Shown here piece after piece: positions 58,685 to 64,000 of a stretch of 64,000 nt of DNA. The position numbers and the translations under genes were made by a program. Location: assembly GCA_944375955.1 (NCBI GenBank), contig CALWBE010000052.1:138-64137 (forward strand). Direction: 5' to 3'. Below the pieces are notes generated by a model that had not been told where the DNA came from, made no database searches, and worked only from the letters and a program-made list of their open reading frames with translations. How positions within the stretch are numbered: the first letter of the stretch is position 1; every line of letters starts with the position of its first letter. Source of the stretch: an uncultured Clostridia bacterium. GTDB lineage: Bacteria > Bacillota > Clostridia > Oscillospirales > CAG-382.

Positions 58685-59512
58685 TTACTTTCTGTATTCT
58701 CTCGGCGATTTTCCGTAGAATTTTTTATATACGCGTCCAAAATACGTATAGTCAGAAAAACCAACTTTCTGGGCAATTTCCCAAATGGGTATATTTGTTG
58801 CTTTTAAAAGCTCTTTTGCTTTTTGCATGCGCTGCTTCCTAATATATTCAGCAACACCGACGTCAAATTCCTTTTTAAAAATATCATAAAGACGAGTGCG
58901 GCTTATTTTTAGTTTTTTGCATATATCGTAAATCTCTATTTCGTTTGATATGTTTGTATCAATATATTTTTTTGCTTCTGATAAAAGTTTGTCGCTTTCA
59001 GGAGTTATAAGCTCTTTAAGAACTATATAGCTTGTACACGCTTCCATTACTTTTGCAGCGGCGATAATTTGCGAATCATCCATATAATTTATTTTTTCAG
59101 CACTTTCCTTGATTGCGCTGTCAAAAATTCCATGACTCTCACAGTAGCTGCATAGTTTTTTGACAACTTCGTCTTTACTTTTATTGTCAGTTACCTGTCC
59201 GAACATAAGATAGCCTATAATTGTGTCGTTTTCTTTAAGCGCAAGAGCCGCTTCTACAAGACCAGCATGGCATTTATATAAAATAGGACCGTCATGATTT
59301 CTACATTCCAGAAGTGACTTTTTGTCGCTTTGCAAGCATTTTTCCGCAGTTTTTTCATACCTGCGCATTAAGGTACAAAAAGCACATTCGTTTGCTGGAT
59401 ATGCCAAAATTTTTTTAAAATCCGCATCAAAAAGAATAAAACGTATACCAGAAACTGTATAAAATGACCACATTATATCAAGCAGTTCATCAAGGTTGTA
59501 TTTTATTGTCAA
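58685..59512 (-). CDS. AraC-family regulator with a PocR-type sensor domain
   Basis: CAFC...C..SD...YKCHAGL...GYLMFGQ; C-terminal IAQKVGFSDYTYFGRVYKK..G.SP. Confidence 0.92.
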   Translation of the reverse strand: MTIKYNLDELLDIMWSFYTVSGIRFILFDADFKKILAYPANECAFCTLMRRYEKTAEKCLQSDKKSLLECRNHDGPILYKCHAGLVEAALALKENDTIIGYLMFGQVTDNKSKDEVVKKLCSYCESHGIFDSAIKESAEKINYMDDSQIIAAAKVMEACTSYIVLKELITPESDKLLSEAKKYIDTNISNEIEIYDICKKLKISRTRLYDIFKKEFDVGVAEYIRKQRMQKAKELLKATNIPIWEIAQKVGFSDYTYFGRVYKKFYGKSPREYRK

Positions 59513-59533
59513 AAAATCATCCGCACCTTTCGT

Positions 59534-59593
59534 ACAAATTTACACATTTTGAGATGAAATTACCTATTATTATAATAGTCTTAATGATAAAAT
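59534..59593 (+). promoter_or_regulatory. Activator-type promoter, copy 2
   Basis: ACAAATTTACACATTTTGAGATGAAATTACCT followed by TG-a-TAAAAT at offset 52-60. Confidence 0.7.
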
Positions 59594-59627
59594 CAAGATA
59601 TAAATAAAAAATATATGGAGAATTAAT

Positions 59628-61031
59628 ATGAAAAAACATGTTTTTGCTTTATTTTTTGGAAATCGTGGTTTTATGCCCGCAGAGCTTATTAAAGGTGCCA
59701 GAGAAGATATGATGAAAGCTGTAAAAGATGCGGGGTATGAATATCTAATAATGGATGAAAATGCTACAAGATACGGCGCAGTGGAGACAAGAGACGAAGG
59801 CAGAATTTATGCTTCATGGCTGAAATCTCATGAAGGAGAATACGATGGAGTTATATTGTGCATGCCTATATTTGTTGATGAAAACGGAGCTATAACAGCG
59901 CTGCAGGATGCTGGGGTTCCGATTCTCATGCAGGCATATCCTGACGAGATAGGAAAAATGGATTTCAAAAACAGACGTGATGCTTTTTGCGGAAAATTTT
60001 CTGTTACAGATGTTTTTTGTCAGTATAAAGTTCCTTTTACTGTAATGACGCCACATGTTGTAAATCCGCTTGCTCCGGAATTCACACAGAATCTTCACGA
60101 TTTTGCAGCCATTTGCCGTGTTGTCAATGGTATGAAGCGCTTTACTATTGGTTGCATCGGCGCGAGAACGACAGCGTTTAAGACCGTGCGTTTTGATGAA
60201 ATTACAATGCAAAGACATGGAATTAATGTTGAATCATTTGATTTGTCTGAACTTTTTGAGCTTGTTAGACAAAAAACAGATAATGACGAGAAAGTTATAA
60301 ATAAAAAAGCTGTTTTAGAAAAATATACAGACTTTACGAATGTTCCGGAAGATAAAAAAATAATGCTTTCAAAAATAAGTGTCGTAATAGATGAATATAT
60401 TGAAGCTTATCATCTTGACGCTATAGCTTTAAGATGTTGGAATGAAATGGAAACATATTTGCGTGTATGTCCTTGCGTACTTATAAGCGAACTTAATGAC
60501 AGGGGGATAGTCGCGTCGTGTGAAATAGATATGTGTTCAGCAATAACAATGCGTGCTCTTCAGCTTGCTACACAAGCTCCTGCAGCGTGTCTTGACTGGA
60601 ACAACAATTACGGCGATGATCCTGATAAGGTCATTTTATTCCACTGTGGTTCTACGGCTCAAAAGCTAATGAAAGAGAAGGGAAAAGTAACTTCGCATAA
60701 AATGTTTGATAAAGGCGATCCCGGAAGTGGTTGGGGTACAAATGAAGGACGAATAGCATCATTTCCAATGACATATTCAAACTGTAAAACCGAAGACGGA
60801 AAAATAACAATTTATTTCAGCGAGGGCGAATTTACTGATGATAATATTGAAGATGAATTTTTCGGCTGTGCGGGAGTTGCTAAAATTGAAAATCTTCAGA
60901 AAAAGCTGATTCGTCTTGCACGCGGTGGATTTAAGCATCATACAACTGTATCAGTAGGACATGTTAAAAATGTCTTAGAGGAAGCTTTTAAATATTATCT
61001 TGGTTATGACGTGGTAAGTATAGATGAATGA
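59628..61031 (+). CDS. L-fucose/L-arabinose isomerase family protein
   Basis: RRDAFCGK, A.RCW, SCEID (metal ligands), FHCG and GFKHH. Confidence 0.85.
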   Translation: MKKHVFALFFGNRGFMPAELIKGAREDMMKAVKDAGYEYLIMDENATRYGAVETRDEGRIYASWLKSHEGEYDGVILCMPIFVDENGAITALQDAGVPILMQAYPDEIGKMDFKNRRDAFCGKFSVTDVFCQYKVPFTVMTPHVVNPLAPEFTQNLHDFAAICRVVNGMKRFTIGCIGARTTAFKTVRFDEITMQRHGINVESFDLSELFELVRQKTDNDEKVINKKAVLEKYTDFTNVPEDKKIMLSKISVVIDEYIEAYHLDAIALRCWNEMETYLRVCPCVLISELNDRGIVASCEIDMCSAITMRALQLATQAPAACLDWNNNYGDDPDKVILFHCGSTAQKLMKEKGKVTSHKMFDKGDPGSGWGTNEGRIASFPMTYSNCKTEDGKITIYFSEGEFTDDNIEDEFFGCAGVAKIENLQKKLIRLARGGFKHHTTVSVGHVKNVLEEAFKYYLGYDVVSIDE

Positions 61032-62520
61032 GTATATAAAGAAATATATAGGTGGGCTCGATGTCGGGACTACAGGATGTAAAATCGCTGTATATGATGA
61101 TTCGGGGAAGCTTTTTAATACATATTATACTGAGTATGCATCAAAACATTCAAAAGGACTTCATGAAATCGATTTTAATGATATAAAATCAGGTGTTATT
61201 CAAATTTTAAAGCAAGCTGCTTCTGAATGTTATTTGTATGCTGTAGGAGTAACAAGTTTCGGTGAAACTTTTGCTATGCTTGATGATAATGACAATATAC
61301 TTTCAGATTCAATGCTTTATACAGATCCGCGCGGAGATGAGGAATGCCGTGAACTTTGTACATTGCTTGGCGAGGAAAAAATGACTTCGATAACCGGGGT
61401 CAAGCCAAATAAAATGTACAGCATCTCAAAAATAATGTGGCATAAAATCAACACTCCAGAAATATACCGACGCTGCACAAAAATATTACTTGGTGAAGAC
61501 TTTATTGTATATACACTTACCGGGAGAAGAACGATTGACTATTCGCTTGCAGCGCGAACAGGCGCATTTAATATTGCCGAGAAAAAATGGTGCAGAGAAA
61601 TATTTGATGCGGCGGGAGTCAGCCTTGCTCTAATGTCCGAACCCGTAGAATCCGGTACCTATGCGGGTTTAATCACTGAGGATATAAAGAAATTGCTTGG
61701 CATATCATACGATATTAAAGTTATAAACTGCTGCCATGACCAAGTTGCGGCAATGATAGGCTCAGGTGTTTTTGAAAAAGGTATCGCTATGGATGGGACA
61801 GGGACTGTAGAGTGTATTCCTGTTATATTTGACGCTATTCCAAATGATCCGAAGTTATATGATAAGGGGTATTCTGTTGTTCCATATGTAAATGGTAAAT
61901 ATGCTTGTTATGCACTTTCATTTACGGGAGGAGCAACGTTAAAGTGGTTTAGAGACAATTTTGCAGAGATAGAAAAAGAGCTTTGCAGTAAAAGTGGGAA
62001 AAATGTTTACGCATATCTTGACTCGCTTGTACCAAAAAGTCCTACAAATCTTCTTATACTTCCTTATTTTGCTGGAGCTGCAACTCCATATATGGATACA
62101 GACGCAAAAGCAGCATTTATCGGTGTAACTCTTGAAACAACAAAATATGATATTTACCGAGCGCTTATGGAAGGAACATCATATGAAATTTTGCTAAATT
62201 TTAATGAACTTCAGCAATATACAGGTGAAATTAAAGAGATACGTGCTACAGGTGGAGGAGCTACATCAGATGTGTGGCTTCAAATAAAAGCTGATATATT
62301 AAATACAAAAATATATGCGTCATCCAATCATGAGATAGGGGCTGCAGGAACAGCTGCGCTGGCAGGTGTAGCTGCCGGAGTATACAGTGATTTGAAGCAG
62401 GCATCAGAGAAGTTTTCAGATTTTTCAAAAGTGTTTTTGCCGTCGCACAATAATGCAGCTGTATATGCACAGTATTATGAACAATACAAGAATATTTATA
62501 AAGCAGTCAAAAATTTGTAA
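61024..62520 (+). CDS. FGGY-family carbohydrate kinase
   Basis: GLDVGTTGCK, D.R, HDQ, ALMEG and GGGA.S.VWLQIKAD. Confidence 0.93.
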   Translation: MNEYIKKYIGGLDVGTTGCKIAVYDDSGKLFNTYYTEYASKHSKGLHEIDFNDIKSGVIQILKQAASECYLYAVGVTSFGETFAMLDDNDNILSDSMLYTDPRGDEECRELCTLLGEEKMTSITGVKPNKMYSISKIMWHKINTPEIYRRCTKILLGEDFIVYTLTGRRTIDYSLAARTGAFNIAEKKWCREIFDAAGVSLALMSEPVESGTYAGLITEDIKKLLGISYDIKVINCCHDQVAAMIGSGVFEKGIAMDGTGTVECIPVIFDAIPNDPKLYDKGYSVVPYVNGKYACYALSFTGGATLKWFRDNFAEIEKELCSKSGKNVYAYLDSLVPKSPTNLLILPYFAGAATPYMDTDAKAAFIGVTLETTKYDIYRALMEGTSYEILLNFNELQQYTGEIKEIRATGGGATSDVWLQIKADILNTKIYASSNHEIGAAGTAALAGVAAGVYSDLKQASEKFSDFSKVFLPSHNNAAVYAQYYEQYKNIYKAVKNL

Positions 62521-63546
62521 ATGACGGAGATAATAAAAATGAATTACAAAGATTATGTTGGGCATCCATTGCAGACAAAAGGAGCCGAAATTGTTTCACT
62601 GCACGGCGGCAGGGGAGACAATATGAAATATATAATTGTTCGTAACGGTATAGGCCTTACTGCATGGATATCTCTTGATAGATGTGCTGATCTTACGCGA
62701 GTTGAATATCATGGCTTAAATATGGGATATTTTTCGCCGTGCGGAAACGTGTCCTCACAGTATTATGATTGCAATGGCGATGGTTTTTTAAAATCATTTA
62801 CCGCAGGATTTTTTACGACTGCAGGTTTGCGTGCAGTTGGAACTCCATGTATAGATGACGGTGAGACATTGCCTCTTCATGGAACAATATCTAACACTCC
62901 TGTTGAAAGCTATTCGATAAAAGAGGAAGATGACGGTATTTTTATAAATGCTGCTGTGCGCGATTGTGTCATTTTCGGCCCAAAGCTTATTCTTCAAAGA
63001 ACATATAAAATTTCATACGATAATAACAGGATTTCGGTTAGAGACACAGTATTCAATGATGGCGATAAGATATCTCCTTATATGATTTTGTACCACTGCA
63101 ATATCGGCTATCCTCTGCTGTCTGAAAAATCTGTTTTAAACATACCTAACAGTGGTTATATTTCAAGAAATAAGTTTGCTGAAGAACATAAACAGACTGC
63201 ACTCTTAATGGAACCTCCTCAAGCTGGGTATATTGAAAGATGTTACTATTTTGATGTAAAAACAAACAATAATAATATTGCGAAAGCCGGTATATACAAC
63301 GAAGATATATCATCAGGTCTTATAATTTCATATAATAAAAGCCAGCTTCCTTATTTTACTGAATGGAAAATGATGGGCAAAAAAGATTATGTACTCGGAC
63401 TCGAGCCTGGAAATTGCACACCGGACGGAAGAGACGTTCTCAGAAAAGAAAATCGCCTCAAGTTTTTAGAACCCGAGGAGTCTTTTGTAACTTCTGTTAA
63501 TTTTGATTTTTATTCAAATATAAAAGACTATGAAAGGGATATATAA
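62521..63546 (+). CDS. Aldose 1-epimerase-like protein (DUF4432)
   Basis: FLKSFTAGF, LPLHG.ISN.P, ILYHCNIGYPL and LGLEPG. Confidence 0.85.
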   Translation: MTEIIKMNYKDYVGHPLQTKGAEIVSLHGGRGDNMKYIIVRNGIGLTAWISLDRCADLTRVEYHGLNMGYFSPCGNVSSQYYDCNGDGFLKSFTAGFFTTAGLRAVGTPCIDDGETLPLHGTISNTPVESYSIKEEDDGIFINAAVRDCVIFGPKLILQRTYKISYDNNRISVRDTVFNDGDKISPYMILYHCNIGYPLLSEKSVLNIPNSGYISRNKFAEEHKQTALLMEPPQAGYIERCYYFDVKTNNNNIAKAGIYNEDISSGLIISYNKSQLPYFTEWKMMGKKDYVLGLEPGNCTPDGRDVLRKENRLKFLEPEESFVTSVNFDFYSNIKDYERDI

Positions 63547-64000
63547 ATGTTAGTTACACTAAAGGAAATTTTAAAAACAGCGGAAAAAGAAAAGATAGCA
63601 ATAGGATCATTTAATACTCCGAATTTGACTACTCTGCAGGCAGTTGTTTCTGCAGCAGAAGCTTTAGATCAGCCAGTAATTATAATGCATGCTCAAGTAC
63701 ATGAAGAAATGGGCATATGTAAAATGGAAGAGATAGCTCCCATAATGCTTATGTTTGCAAAGGCGGCGAAAGTTCCGGTATGTGTGCATCTTGATCATGG
63801 AACAGATATTGAGTATGTTGAAAAAGGCTTAAAATTAGGTTTTACATCAGTTATGTACGATGGTTCTGCACTTGAGGAAAATGAAAATATCAAAAATACC
63901 ATTTATGCTGTAAAAGCTTCATCATCATACGGCGCGTCTGTTGAAGCAGAGATTGGATCTATGGGCGCAAGAGAGGGTGGAGGAGAAGTGGACACTTCAA
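63547..64000 (+). CDS. Class II fructose/tagatose-bisphosphate aldolase family protein (3' end outside window)
   Basis: Not in the ORF track. Translates as MLVTLKEILK...GSFN...PVCVHLDHG...GFTSVMYDGS...VEAEIG. Confidence 0.93.
   Translation, partial: MLVTLKEILKTAEKEKIAIGSFNTPNLTTLQAVVSAAEALDQPVIIMHAQVHEEMGICKMEEIAPIMLMFAKAAKVPVCVHLDHGTDIEYVEKGLKLGFTSVMYDGSALEENENIKNTIYAVKASSSYGASVEAEIGSMGAREGGGEVDTS

Noticed and set aside
878-62997. Many short ORFs antisense to or overlapping real genes (for example 25930-26436, 55321-55833, 56224-56763)
   Set aside because: These are shadow frames of well-supported genes with no recognisable motifs.
1-64000. CRISPR arrays, rRNA, tRNA, transposases, integrases, prophage or defence genes
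   Set aside because: Intergenic gaps are short (about 270 nt or less) with no spaced repeat arrays or cloverleafs, and no ORF carries the relevant motifs.

Overview
Low-GC chromosomal segment from a Bacillota bacterium, probably Clostridia (inferred from PolC, SLH proteins, a TepA-like ClpP and DUF951). Most of it is housekeeping: the 3' end of valS; a NusG-domain-II / Gx transporter / ApbE flavinylation trio; a long minus-strand run rbsK-pyrH-frr-uppS-cdsA-dxr-rseP-NUDIX-ispG-polC; a two-component system; prfA-sua5-coaE-SLT-aminopeptidase; rimM-trmD; ptsH-uvrC-rsmD-coaD; pgk-tpiA; and a Na+-pumping decarboxylase cluster. Accessory content sits at about 28-48 kb and 58.7-64 kb. I saw no rRNA, tRNA, CRISPR array, integrase or transposase. 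The most notable observations are: (1) a tandem pair of exported CotH-like proteins that both appear to have lost the metal-binding aspartates (candidate pseudokinases); (2) a 60-bp promoter architecture shared by two loci 20 kb apart, pointing to an AraC/PocR sugar-catabolism regulon; (3) a collapsed wzz/cpsD gene with a visible deletion junction; (4) a MutT-aldo/keto reductase-Fe/S fusion; (5) an OadB with an extracellular N-terminal domain; and (6) a PGK insertion plus an open pgk-tpiA spacer. All family calls come from motif recognition by eye; no database searches were run.
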